A stretch of DNA of 64,000 nucleotides, from assembly GCA_964654485.1 (NCBI GenBank), contig CAZZJI010000007.1, forward strand, positions 3,276-67,275, read 5' to 3'. The position numbers and the translations under genes are program-made. The DNA comes from an uncultured Gammaproteobacteria bacterium (GTDB taxonomy: Bacteria > Pseudomonadota > Gammaproteobacteria > SG8-11). Below, one piece after another: positions 21,496-31,531 of the stretch; the first letter of the stretch is position 1, and every line of letters starts with the position of its first letter. Under the pieces are notes generated by a model. It was given only the letters and a program-made list of their open reading frames with translations. It did not search any database and was not told the origin of the DNA.

Positions 21496-22206
21496 ATGAG
21501 ACAAATCGTACTCGATACTGAAACAACTGGATTAGAACCGACACAGGGCCATCGAATTATCGAAATAGGTTGTGTCGAAATAATAAACAGGCGCCTTACT
21601 GGCAATAGATTCCATCAGTACTTGCGACCTGATCGGGAAATTGACGAAGCTGCGCTGAATGTTCACGGAATTACAACCGAATTTCTTGAGGACAAATCGC
21701 GTTTCGTCGAAGTAGTCGATGAATTCATTCAGTTTATAAAGGGTGCAGAATTAGTCATCCATAATGCGCCGTTTGATGTTGGGTTTATAAATAATGAATT
21801 TGATCTCTTAAATGGCGACTTTGAGCCTGTTTCAAAAATATGTGACGTAGTTGATACCTTGGCGCTTGCCCGTAAACTTCACCCTGGGCAAAAAAATAAT
21901 CTGGATGCGCTGTGTAAACGCTATGAAATTAATAATGCTCACCGTGAATTGCACGGGGCATTGTTAGATGCCGAAATTCTTGCGGATGTTTATTTAATAA
22001 TGACGGGTGGTCAGTCGAGTCTATTGTTAGATTCGACAACGTCAGAAGTGATAAATGTTCACAATGAAATAAAACGAGTTCCAGCGGATAGGCCGAAACT
22101 ATCTGTTCTCAATGCGGATGATAAGGAAATAGCTTTGCATGATGAATTATTAAATAAAATAAACCATTCATGTGATCAAGGTAATCTTTGGAATAGGCAA
22201 CTTTAA
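21496..22206 (+). CDS. dnaQ: DNA polymerase III subunit epsilon (3'-5' proofreading exonuclease)
   Basis: Exo motifs QIVLDTETTGL, HNAPFDVGFI, HGALLDAEILADVY. 236 aa. Confidence 0.95.
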   Translation: MRQIVLDTETTGLEPTQGHRIIEIGCVEIINRRLTGNRFHQYLRPDREIDEAALNVHGITTEFLEDKSRFVEVVDEFIQFIKGAELVIHNAPFDVGFINNEFDLLNGDFEPVSKICDVVDTLALARKLHPGQKNNLDALCKRYEINNAHRELHGALLDAEILADVYLIMTGGQSSLLLDSTTSEVINVHNEIKRVPADRPKLSVLNADDKEIALHDELLNKINHSCDQGNLWNRQL

Positions 22207-22231
22207 TATACGCTATCGTTGTTTTTATTGC

Positions 22232-23659
22232 TTAAAAAAGACTAGAGTTGATCCACAGGTGCGTTAATATGCTAAGCGTGTAGCCAATCGCTACCGCTGG
22301 TGTCCATTTTAGATGACTGAAAAATGTATATTGTCCTTTAGCTTGCCCCATTAAAGCGACCCCGGCTGCCGAGCCAATGGATAATAAGCTGCCGCCGACG
22401 CCTGCCGTGAGCGTGACAAGTAACCATTGTCCTAACGGCATTTCGGGATTCATACTGAGCACGGCGAACATCACAGGAATGTTATCCACAATAGCAGAGA
22501 GCAGGCCAACCAATACATTTGCTGTTGTTGCACCCATTTGTACGTACATCAGCTCTGACGTTAGCGCCAGATAACCAATAAATCCGAGGCCACCTACAGA
22601 CAATACAACGCCGTAAAAAAACATTAGTGTATCCCATTCAGCGCGGGCAATGTTTTTAAACACATCAAAAGCTTCGATGTCTCCAATTTCTTCTTGCGCC
22701 TTGGTGCTATCTGAATTATTAATTTGAGAAACTCTATGACTGGTTTTTTTCAAATAAAAACCAAAAAACTTCAGGTAGGCCAGACCTGTCATCATGCCGA
22801 GCATAGGTGGCAAATGCAAAAAGTTGTGAAAACTGACGGCTGTCGCGATGGTTAGCAGGAATAATACAATAATTCGTTTGGCGCCACGTTTCATTGAGAT
22901 ATTCTCATTGACTGCGTTTGGTCTTTCTTTGGGTAGTGCGAAATGCATGATAGCGGCGGGTACAACAAAATTGACCACTGACGGAATAAATAATAAGAAA
23001 AAAGCATTGAATTCAACGATACCTTTTTGCCAAACCATTAATGTAGTGATATCACCGAAAGGACTGAAAGCGCCTCCGGCGTTCGCAGCAACAACGATAT
23101 TGACACAGGCTATACCGACAAAACGTTTGTTTCCCACACCGACAGCCAGAATAACAGCGCACATAAGCAGTGCGGTAGTCAAATTATCTGCGATAGGCGA
23201 AATGCTGAATGCAAGAATACCCGTCATCCAGAATAATTGACGGTAACTGAAGCCTTTTTGAATCAGCCAGGCGCGCAACGCATCAAATACGCGCCGTTCT
23301 TCCATTGCATTGATGTAAGTCATCGCAACCAGTAGGAAAAGCATGAGTTCTGAAAATTCAAGTATGTTGTGTCGCACTGCGTCCGCAGCAACGTCAGTAA
23401 AGCCCTGATTGACATATACGTATGCAATCATTACCCATATGATGCTGGCGGCCAGTACAACTGGTTTGGACTTACGAAGATGGGTAAACTCTTCGGCCAT
23501 GACAAATACATAGGCCAATGCAAAAACCGCCAGCGCGGCGTATCCGACAATATGGTTGGTGAGATCTATATGCTCCCCCGTCGTTGTGGAGGCGTAGAGA
23601 GAGGGCGATATAAAAAGAAGCAAGAGGGAGAGTGATGTTGAAATAATTGATTTAAACAA
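22232..23659 (-). CDS. nhaD: Na+/H+ antiporter of the ArsB/NhaD permease superfamily (NhaD-like)
   Basis: 475 aa, N-terminal signal-like segment then about 12 TM. Overall NhaD-like architecture; family-level call only. Confidence 0.6.
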   Translation of the reverse strand: MFKSIISTSLSLLLLFISPSLYASTTTGEHIDLTNHIVGYAALAVFALAYVFVMAEEFTHLRKSKPVVLAASIIWVMIAYVYVNQGFTDVAADAVRHNILEFSELMLFLLVAMTYINAMEERRVFDALRAWLIQKGFSYRQLFWMTGILAFSISPIADNLTTALLMCAVILAVGVGNKRFVGIACVNIVVAANAGGAFSPFGDITTLMVWQKGIVEFNAFFLLFIPSVVNFVVPAAIMHFALPKERPNAVNENISMKRGAKRIIVLFLLTIATAVSFHNFLHLPPMLGMMTGLAYLKFFGFYLKKTSHRVSQINNSDSTKAQEEIGDIEAFDVFKNIARAEWDTLMFFYGVVLSVGGLGFIGYLALTSELMYVQMGATTANVLVGLLSAIVDNIPVMFAVLSMNPEMPLGQWLLVTLTAGVGGSLLSIGSAAGVALMGQAKGQYTFFSHLKWTPAVAIGYTLSILTHLWINSSLF

Positions 23660-23922
23660 TCGTCGCTCCTTTTACATACACGGCGTACTGCACGGCGTAC
23701 TGAGAGTTATGTCGATACATACTCGAATGTATTTTAATAGATTGTGACAATAAGCATATGTTTTATAAACTAATTTAGTTTTATCATTGCGCGGTTATTT
23801 TTACATTACTACATTATATTATTATATAGTAATATATACTGTAGCCATTTATTTTTCAAGCCGCTATTCAACGCGGGGAAACCGTTATTTCAAATGGCTA
23901 TTTCACAAATAGACGACTCAAA

Positions 23923-24402
23923 ATGACCAAAAAGCTTTTGCTTCAATTGTGGTTTGATAAATATTTTTGGTTCGCATTAGCTGCAGCAATATTGTACTGG
24001 GGGGTACTTTTATCACTTAATGTGTGGCTTGGTTCTATTGGGAATTTGCAATTAAACTGGTTTTTTTATCAACCATTATTATTTCTCCTGGTTGGCTTTA
24101 TTTACCCGATATTGGAAGAACTCGTATTTAGAGGATTGATACAGGGAATGATTGCCCGTTATCTTATCAACAATTATCCTACCGGCAATCGTCGATTTGG
24201 AATTATTTCCGTTGCAAACATTGTTACGAGTATTTTATTTGTTTTTTTTCATTTAATATCACATTCGTATTTGTGGGCGATATCTGTTTTTATTCCTTCA
24301 ATAATCTTTGGTTTTTTTCGTGAAAAATACGACTCAGTCGCACCGGCTATTTTATTGCACGTTTATTATAATTTGGGTTACTTTTTGTTATTTCCACCCT
24401 AG
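23923..24402 (+). CDS. CPBP-family intramembrane glutamic endopeptidase (CAAX protease-like)
   Basis: 159 aa. Motif 1 EELVFRG, motif 2 FVFFHL, motif 3 HVYYN. Confidence 0.75.
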   Translation: MTKKLLLQLWFDKYFWFALAAAILYWGVLLSLNVWLGSIGNLQLNWFFYQPLLFLLVGFIYPILEELVFRGLIQGMIARYLINNYPTGNRRFGIISVANIVTSILFVFFHLISHSYLWAISVFIPSIIFGFFREKYDSVAPAILLHVYYNLGYFLLFPP

Positions 24403-24435
24403 TACATCGTCAATATAGCCTTGACGATGTACTAG
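24399..24435. repeat. REP-like palindromic element, copy 1 (diverged: GTACATCGTCAA-N7-TTGACGATGTAC)
   Basis: Inverted arms tagtacatcgtcaa / ttgacgatgtacta around loop tatagcc. Sits between convergent CPBP and ugd genes. The CDS stop TAG lies in the outer arm. Confidence 0.8.
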
Positions 24436-24440
24436 TACTA

Positions 24441-25784
24441 CTATTTATCCGGCTGATTTCGCCCGATAGCGTAATAAGTAAAACCTTCTTGTATCAAAAA
24501 CTGTGGGTCGTAAAGATTACGCCCATCAAAAATGACAGCTTGTTTAAGCATGCTTTTCATTTCTTTGAAATTAGGACTCCTGAACTGGTTCCATTCAGTG
24601 ACGACAATAAGCGCATCTGTGTTGTCCAATGCGGCTTCCGGTGAGTCGCAGAGTACTAATTTTTTGTCGCGGCAGTTATCGCCATAGATGCGTTGTGCTT
24701 CTTTCATCGCCTCTGGATCATAGGCTTTCACTGTCGCACCTTGAGCCCATAGCGCTTCCATCAGCGTTCGGCTCGGCGCCGCCCGCATATCATCGGTATT
24801 CGGTTTAAAAGCCAGTCCCCACAATGCAAATTTACGGCCTTGTAAATCACCTTTGAAGTGTCGATTGATTTTATTAAACAGGACATCTTTTTGGCGATTA
24901 TTGACGGATTCCACCGCTTTTAATAATGCTGCATCATAGCCAATTTGCGTTGCCGTTCGTTCCAATGCTTGCACATCTTTGGGGAAACACGAACCACCAT
25001 AACCGCAACCTGGGTAGATAAATTTATATCCAATCCGAGGGTCAGAACCAATCCCAATACGCACATTTTCGATGTCGGCACCGAGCATTTCCGCCATATT
25101 GGCTAATTCGTTCATAAAACTGATTTTAGTCGCCAGAAGGGCATTCGCTGCGTATTTGGTCAGCTCTGCTGAACGTATATCCATAACAAGGACACGATCT
25201 CGATTTCGATTAAACGGTGTATAGAGTGCGCGCAACAATTCCGCCGTGCGTGGGTTATCGGTGCCAACCACCACACGATCAGGTTTCATGAAATCATCGA
25301 GAGCTGCGCCTTCTTTAAGAAATTCCGGGTTGGATACGACATCAAATTCAATGTTTTGACCTCTGCTTGCAAGGACAGCATTCACCGTATCCTTGACTTT
25401 ATCTGCTGTTCCGACCGGTACCGTCGATTTGTTTACAATAATTCGGTAGTCATTCATGTTTTCACCGATACTGCGCGCGACGGCCAGCACATATTGCAAG
25501 TCAGCTGATCCATCCTCATCCGGTGGGGTCCCCACTGCGACAAATTGGAAAAGACCGTGGTTCACGCCTTTTTCTGTATCAGTACTGAAATTAAGTCGAT
25601 TGGCTGCTACATTCTTTTTCACCAGATCTTCAAGGCCTGGCTCATAGATGGGTAATAAGCCTTTGTTAAGATTGTCGATTTTTTGCTTATCTATATCGAT
25701 GCAAAGGACGTCATTGCCGACTTCTGCCAGGCACGTGCCTGTGACCAGCCCGACGTAACCCGAACCATAAATTGTTATTTTCAT
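24441..25784 (-). CDS. ugd: UDP-glucose 6-dehydrogenase
   Basis: 447 aa. N-terminal [26 protein letters not shown]. Catalytic-site GGSCFPKD. Confidence 0.95.
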   Translation of the reverse strand: MKITIYGSGYVGLVTGTCLAEVGNDVLCIDIDKQKIDNLNKGLLPIYEPGLEDLVKKNVAANRLNFSTDTEKGVNHGLFQFVAVGTPPDEDGSADLQYVLAVARSIGENMNDYRIIVNKSTVPVGTADKVKDTVNAVLASRGQNIEFDVVSNPEFLKEGAALDDFMKPDRVVVGTDNPRTAELLRALYTPFNRNRDRVLVMDIRSAELTKYAANALLATKISFMNELANMAEMLGADIENVRIGIGSDPRIGYKFIYPGCGYGGSCFPKDVQALERTATQIGYDAALLKAVESVNNRQKDVLFNKINRHFKGDLQGRKFALWGLAFKPNTDDMRAAPSRTLMEALWAQGATVKAYDPEAMKEAQRIYGDNCRDKKLVLCDSPEAALDNTDALIVVTEWNQFRSPNFKEMKSMLKQAVIFDGRNLYDPQFLIQEGFTYYAIGRNQPDK

Positions 25785-25882
25785 CTGTTTGTATGCTCGC
25801 TCAGCTTCTTGGTTTATAATGTCGGCGGTTATTATAGCATAGCGCAGATTTTAGTATTTTATTAATCACTTTTGGAGACAAT

Positions 25883-26857
25883 ATGCATGTATTAGTCTGT
25901 GGTGGTGCAGGATATATCGGTTCACATATGTCGAAACTTCTGGCTGAACAGGGGTATCAGGTGACTGTATTTGATAATTTGTCTACCGGTCATCGGCAAG
26001 CGGTGAAATGGGGGAGCCTGGTCGAGGGTGACTTGCTTGATCCGCAAGCATTGGCTTCGCTGTTCAAATCAAATAAATTCGATGCAGTTATGCATTTTTC
26101 GGCCAAATCGCTGGTCGGGGAGTCGGTACAAAAACCTGATCTCTATTATTTTAATAATGTCGTTGGCAGCTTGAACCTGCTGGATCATATGCGTTTATAC
26201 GGGGTTAATAAATTTGTTTTTTCATCCTCTGCGGCCACATTTGGTCATCCGCAAGTAGCGCTGATCGATGAAAATCACGTGCAAAAACCGATAAATCCTT
26301 ACGGTAAAACCAAATTAGCGGTCGAGTATATGCTTGGCGATTACGCACAAGCCTATGAAATTAGATCGGTTAGTTTGCGCTATTTTAACGCGGCTGGTGC
26401 CGATCCTTCAGGGCAAATAGGCGAGTCTCACGATCCGGAAACCCATCTTATTCCCAACGTGATGAAAGCGGTATTGGGTGAGGGTGCAGGCTTGAAAATT
26501 TTCGGGAATGACTACGAAACACTTGACGGTACGTGTATACGAGATTATATACATGTGAATGATTTGTGTCAGGCACACTTACTTGCGCTACATTATATGG
26601 ATAAAAACAGTGGCGCACATGCGTACAATTTGGGCAATGGGAAGGGGTTTAGCGTACTGGAAGTGATAAACGCAGCCAGTGAAGTGGTTGGTAAAAAAGT
26701 CAAGTATGAAATGGTTGGGCGACGAGTTGGAGATCCGCCGGTGCTTGTGGCGAATAGCAGCAAAATACAAGCGCAATTAAACTGGGTACCGGAATATACG
26801 GAAATCAGTAAAATAATTAGTACTGCCTGGAATTGGCATCAGCACGCGGTTTTTTAA
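25883..26857 (+). CDS. galE: UDP-glucose 4-epimerase
   Basis: 324 aa. VLVCGGAGYIGSH, YGKTK (YxxxK), typical SDR extended family layout. Confidence 0.9.
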   Translation: MHVLVCGGAGYIGSHMSKLLAEQGYQVTVFDNLSTGHRQAVKWGSLVEGDLLDPQALASLFKSNKFDAVMHFSAKSLVGESVQKPDLYYFNNVVGSLNLLDHMRLYGVNKFVFSSSAATFGHPQVALIDENHVQKPINPYGKTKLAVEYMLGDYAQAYEIRSVSLRYFNAAGADPSGQIGESHDPETHLIPNVMKAVLGEGAGLKIFGNDYETLDGTCIRDYIHVNDLCQAHLLALHYMDKNSGAHAYNLGNGKGFSVLEVINAASEVVGKKVKYEMVGRRVGDPPVLVANSSKIQAQLNWVPEYTEISKIISTAWNWHQHAVF

Positions 26858-26892
26858 AATTGATATAAGAAAACAGGTGTTTTTAGCAAGAA

Positions 26893-26928
26893 CTAGTACA
26901 CCGTCAAATACCCTTGACGGTGTACTAG
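26893..26928. repeat. REP-like palindromic element, copy 2 (CTAGTACACCGTCAA-N6-TTGACGGTGTACTAG)
   Basis: Perfect 15-nt inverted arms, loop ataccc, 36 nt downstream of the galE stop. Confidence 0.85.
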
Positions 26929-27136
26929 AATAAGAATCAATCGGGACGGCGCATTTCAGGTACCTTGATTAAAAAGCGTACCAGTATTAGGTTCATAGCA
27001 TCTTAGAACAAGTGGTATACAATAATATAATGTTGTTTCTAGAACCAAAATTTACTGGCCAGGTAAGGCGGGGAAAACAGCACAGGTAGCGTAGGAAAGT
27101 AGCATGAAAATGTGCTAGGGAGACGGTTAGTCAAGC

Positions 27137-28558
27137 ATGAATAAAGGTCATCGAATTACACGCGATAAACCTGGGTCCATAGCAAATTTTGTTATGGTTC
27201 TTCTTGGTCCGCTGATTGTCACATTAACGTTAATTGTTGTTACCCATGCCTATGATGTTCGCTATGATGGCGCTTATGTGTCTTTGGCGGTAGTTACATT
27301 TCTGATTTCTTTTATTGTCTTTAAAGAAATTAATCTACATATCTCCTGGCGCACTGGTGGTGTAAGCGCACAAACCAGAGAAATAGTTTTTGCTTGGTTA
27401 GTGTTTGTGAGTATTTTGCTTTTTCTTGGTTATGCCACAAAGTCATCTGAAGTGTTTTCGCGCCGGATTATTTTGACCTGGATAGTGGCGACTCCTTTTA
27501 TAATGTTATTTGTCTATGCCATCGCAAAAATAGTGTTAACGAAAATAATCAAATCTGAAAAATTTTCGAGATCAGTAGTTGTAGTGGGGGTAAACGACTT
27601 GAGTAAAAGCCTGGTTACTGAAATTGCATCGGATCCTCAGCTTAATATGAACTTTAAAGGTTATTTTGACGATAGAAATAATGAAAGATTGGGAAAAATA
27701 GACAATGGTGATGTGCTAGGTAAATTTAGTGGGCTTTCTCAGTATATAAATAAACATAAAATTGATTTGATTTATTTTGCACTACCGATGGTGCAGGAAA
27801 AAAGAATATTAAATTTGCATGATGATGTTCGCGATACCACTGCTTCAATTTATTTTGTACCTGACCTCTTCATATTTGATTTGATACAAGCACGGGTCGA
27901 TGATGTTAATGGTATTCCCGTATTGGCTGTTTGCGAATCCCCGTTTGCAGGTGTAACAGGATTATTGAAGCGCTTAAGCGATATACTGTTTGCGAGCGTT
28001 CTGATATTGCTTGTTTCTCCAATAATGCTGTTGATTGCGATAAGTATAAAAATACTAATGCCTGGTCCCGTGTTATTTAAACAAAAAAGGTATGGTTTGG
28101 ATGGTGAAGAAATTAAAGTTTATAAATTTCGTACCATGAAGCAATGTGATGACTCAACTGATAACAAAGAAGAAAAAGTGGTTCAGGCAACAAGAAATGA
28201 TCCGCGGGTGACTGAGTTAGGTTCCTTTTTAAGGAAAACATCACTTGATGAATTGCCGCAATTTTTTAACGTATTACAGGGCAGAATGAGTGTCGTGGGT
28301 CCACGACCACATGCCGTCGCACACAATGAAGAATATCGAAAATTGATTAAAGGTTATATGATGCGCCATAAGGTTAAGCCGGGTATTACAGGATGGGCGC
28401 AGGTAAACGGCTTGCGTGGAGAAACAGACACAATTGAAAAAATGGAGTCACGCGTGCGTTATGATCTGGATTATTTACGTCATTGGTCACTGGGATTAGA
28501 CGCAATGATCATTATAAGAACAGTGTTGATGATGTTTCGTGACAAGAATGCGTACTAG
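27137..28558 (+). CDS. Undecaprenyl-phosphate hexose-1-phosphate transferase (WcaJ/EpsB-type priming glycosyltransferase)
   Basis: 473 aa. N-terminal TM block, central Rossmann-like segment. C-terminal bacterial sugar transferase domain (DELPQFFNVLQGRMSVVGPRPH, PGITGWAQVNG). Confidence 0.85.
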   Translation: MNKGHRITRDKPGSIANFVMVLLGPLIVTLTLIVVTHAYDVRYDGAYVSLAVVTFLISFIVFKEINLHISWRTGGVSAQTREIVFAWLVFVSILLFLGYATKSSEVFSRRIILTWIVATPFIMLFVYAIAKIVLTKIIKSEKFSRSVVVVGVNDLSKSLVTEIASDPQLNMNFKGYFDDRNNERLGKIDNGDVLGKFSGLSQYINKHKIDLIYFALPMVQEKRILNLHDDVRDTTASIYFVPDLFIFDLIQARVDDVNGIPVLAVCESPFAGVTGLLKRLSDILFASVLILLVSPIMLLIAISIKILMPGPVLFKQKRYGLDGEEIKVYKFRTMKQCDDSTDNKEEKVVQATRNDPRVTELGSFLRKTSLDELPQFFNVLQGRMSVVGPRPHAVAHNEEYRKLIKGYMMRHKVKPGITGWAQVNGLRGETDTIEKMESRVRYDLDYLRHWSLGLDAMIIIRTVLMMFRDKNAY

Positions 28559-28591
28559 TACACCGTCAAAATAGCCTTGACGGTGTACTAG
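28555..28591. repeat. REP-like palindromic element, copy 3
   Basis: ctagtacaccgtcaa - aatagcc - ttgacggtgtactag. The TAG stop of the upstream CDS (28556-28558) is inside the left arm. Sits between convergent genes. Confidence 0.85.
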
Positions 28592-28633
28592 CCTTTTGTC
28601 AGGTTTGTGGGGCAGGGGGAAAATGCAGTAGGA

Positions 28634-30265
28634 TTATATTTTGCATTTATAGGTCAGTTCTACCGTTCCGTCTTCGTAGACGGTTTCCAGTCTGACAGTA
28701 AACCCCCATAAACGTGCGATATGTTTGGTTACTTCTGCGACTGTTTCTGCCAATGGTCGGCGGTTATATTGGTAGTGCCTTAGAGTCAGTGAACGATCGC
28801 CTTTCATATTGACATCATAAACCTGAATATCGGGTTCGTTTTGTCCAAGATTATATTGTTCCGACAAGGTTTTTTTGATGTGATGGTAGCCTTCGTCGTT
28901 GTGAATAGATGATATTTCAAGTTCAGGTTTGGTATCATCATCCAGTAATGAAAAAAGTTTAAAGTCTCGTATGATTTTGGGAGATAAATATTGTGAAATA
29001 AAACTTTCGTCTTTAAAGTTTCTCATGGCAAAATCAAGTGATTCTACCCAGTCAGTATTTGCCAGATCGGGGAAATAATTCTTGTCCTCTTCGGTAGGAT
29101 TTTCACATATACGCCTTATGTCCTTCATCATGGAAAAACCAAGCGCATAGACATTTATGCCACTGTAGAAGCGACTGTCAAATGAAGGTTGGCTCACCAC
29201 ATTTGTGTGTGATTGCAAAAATTCAATCATAAAGCCGTCAGAAAGAAATCCTTCGTCGTATAGTTGATTGAGCAATGTGTAATGCCAGAATGTTGCCCAG
29301 CCCTCATTCATAACTTGGGTTTGTCTTTGTGGATAAAAATATTGGGCAATTTTACGCACTATACGAACGAGTTCTCTTTGCCATGGTTCAAGTAAGGGCG
29401 CATTTTTTTCTATAAAGTACAAAATATTTTCTTGAGGTTCATCTGGGAAGCGTAAATCAGTTGGTTCAGCATCGTCTGATTCTTTAGTCGGTATTGTGCG
29501 CCATAATTCATTTATCTGAGATTGCAGGTACTCCTCCCGTTCTTTTTGACGGAGCATTTCTTTTTGTATCGATAGATTAGGTGGTCGTTTGTAACGATCT
29601 ACACCGTAATTCATTAAGGCGTGGCAGGAATCCAGAATTTCCTCAACTTGTTTTTCACCATAACGTTCTTCACATTTGGCCACGTAGTTCTTCGCGAATA
29701 GAAAATAATCAATAATGGCGTCGGCATTTGTCCAGGTTTTGAATAAGTAATTATTTTTAAAAAAAGAATTATGACCATAAGCAGCATGTGCGATAACCAA
29801 TGCCTGCATCATCATGGTGTTTTCTTCCATGAGGTAGGTAATGCATGGGTCAGAGTTAATCACAATTTCGTAAGCCAGCCCCATTTGACCACGTCGGTAG
29901 CGTTGCTCGGTCGCGAGAAATTGTTTTCCGAACGACCAATGAGAATAGCCTAATGGCATACCCACAGATGCATAGGCATCCATCATTTGTTCTGCAGAAA
30001 TTATTTCAATTTGAATTGGATAAGTGTCTAACTTGAATTGAGAAGCAACGCGCTCAATTTCTTTATTGTATCTATCTATTAATTCGAAAGACCACTCTGA
30101 CGTATTAGAAATTATTTTCCCTCTCTTTTTAACAGCTGTCTTTTTGGAGGTTTGTTTGGTTACTTTGCCAGATGCCTTTTTCAATACATTGTTGGATTGT
30201 TGGCCCGCCCTTTTTTTAGACGGATTGACGGTTTTCCTGTTATCTGTATCAGTTTTAGAATTCAT
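28634..30265 (-). CDS. ycgB: SpoVR-family protein (YcgB-like) with Lys-rich N-terminal extension
   Basis: 543 aa. Third gene of the prkA-yeaH-spoVR arrangement; 4-nt overlap with the upstream gene. Confidence 0.85.
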   Translation of the reverse strand: MNSKTDTDNRKTVNPSKKRAGQQSNNVLKKASGKVTKQTSKKTAVKKRGKIISNTSEWSFELIDRYNKEIERVASQFKLDTYPIQIEIISAEQMMDAYASVGMPLGYSHWSFGKQFLATEQRYRRGQMGLAYEIVINSDPCITYLMEENTMMMQALVIAHAAYGHNSFFKNNYLFKTWTNADAIIDYFLFAKNYVAKCEERYGEKQVEEILDSCHALMNYGVDRYKRPPNLSIQKEMLRQKEREEYLQSQINELWRTIPTKESDDAEPTDLRFPDEPQENILYFIEKNAPLLEPWQRELVRIVRKIAQYFYPQRQTQVMNEGWATFWHYTLLNQLYDEGFLSDGFMIEFLQSHTNVVSQPSFDSRFYSGINVYALGFSMMKDIRRICENPTEEDKNYFPDLANTDWVESLDFAMRNFKDESFISQYLSPKIIRDFKLFSLLDDDTKPELEISSIHNDEGYHHIKKTLSEQYNLGQNEPDIQVYDVNMKGDRSLTLRHYQYNRRPLAETVAEVTKHIARLWGFTVRLETVYEDGTVELTYKCKI

Positions 30266-31521
30266 GACGGTTGTTTTTTAAAAAGCTCTCTAAATACGGG
30301 ATAAATTTCAGAAATATTTTCAATACGCTGCATCGCGAAATTTTCACATGCCATTTTCACATTTAGATATTCACGCCACAGGTTTTGTGGATTATCATTT
30401 GATATTTCTATATAAGAATAATATTGTACACACGGTAATATTGAATTCGCCAACAAATCTCGACAAATTGGTGAGTCATCGTTCCAGTTGTCACCATCAG
30501 AGGCCTGTGCGGCGTATATATTCCATTCATCTGTTGGAAAGCGATCTTTAATAATTTCATGCATTAATTTTAGTGCACTGGATACAACGGTACCGCCGGT
30601 TTCTCTGGAATAGAAAAAATTTTCTTCGTCAACTTCTTTGGCAATTGTATGGTGAGAAATAAATACAATTTCTATCTTTTCGTATGTGCGTGTTAAAAAT
30701 AAATAAAGCAAGATAAAAAATCGTTTTGCGATATCTTTTTTCATTTGGTCCATTGAACCCGATATATCCATCAAACAAAACATAACAGCGTGTGTTGATG
30801 GTCGTGGTAGTTTTATTCGGTTGTTATATCTTAGGTCAAACGGGTCGATAAAGGGAATCGCAGCTATTTTTTTCTTTAGCGATTCTATTTCTTTCTTCAA
30901 TTCAAAAACTTTAGGGCGGTATTCATCAGTGACTAGCAATAGTGCAGACAATGCCTGTTCTGCTTCTTTTAATTGTCTTTTGTATGGGTTCTGTAGGGCG
31001 ATGCGTCTGGACAGCGCGCCCCGCAAAGAGCGAACAATATTAATATTTGAAGGTATACCATCTGAGCTGTGTCCCGCGCGCACGCTCTTAAATTCTTTAA
31101 TGGTCGTCAGTTTGGTTTTCACCAAATTGGGGAGCGCGAGGTCTTCAAAAAAGAATTCCAAAAACTCTTCTTTAGAGAGTTGGAATACAAAATCATCCAG
31201 ACCTTCACCGCTGTTACTCGCTTTATTTCCTTTGCCACCACCTTGTGGCGGACGGGGGATTTTATCGCCGGTAGAAAATTCTTTATTTCCAGGTAAAATA
31301 TTATCTCGACGCCCCCCCGGTCCGTGACGAAAAGTGGGTTCGGAAATATCTTTGGCAGGAATGGTAACGGATTCACCTTTCTCAACATCTGTGATGCTGC
31401 GGCCCGCGATGGCATCTGTAACGGCCCTTTTAATATTGGATTTAAAGCGCTTTAGAAATTTACGGCGGTTTACCGCGCTTTTATTTTTGCCGTTAAGCCG
31501 TCTGTCGAGTATTTGTGCCAC
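30262..31521 (-). CDS. yeaH: YeaH/YhbH-family protein (DUF444, vWA-like)
   Basis: 419 aa. N-terminus [25 protein letters not shown] closely resembles remembered E. coli YeaH. Confidence 0.9.
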   Translation of the reverse strand: MAQILDRRLNGKNKSAVNRRKFLKRFKSNIKRAVTDAIAGRSITDVEKGESVTIPAKDISEPTFRHGPGGRRDNILPGNKEFSTGDKIPRPPQGGGKGNKASNSGEGLDDFVFQLSKEEFLEFFFEDLALPNLVKTKLTTIKEFKSVRAGHSSDGIPSNINIVRSLRGALSRRIALQNPYKRQLKEAEQALSALLLVTDEYRPKVFELKKEIESLKKKIAAIPFIDPFDLRYNNRIKLPRPSTHAVMFCLMDISGSMDQMKKDIAKRFFILLYLFLTRTYEKIEIVFISHHTIAKEVDEENFFYSRETGGTVVSSALKLMHEIIKDRFPTDEWNIYAAQASDGDNWNDDSPICRDLLANSILPCVQYYSYIEISNDNPQNLWREYLNVKMACENFAMQRIENISEIYPVFRELFKKQPS

Positions 31522-31531
31522 ATCATCGCCT

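Noticed and set aside
23680-23703. Direct tandem repeat cacggcgtactg x2 just upstream of the NhaD-like gene start.
   Set aside because: It is a single duplication of 12 nt with no recognisable regulator consensus. I cannot support a function from sequence alone.
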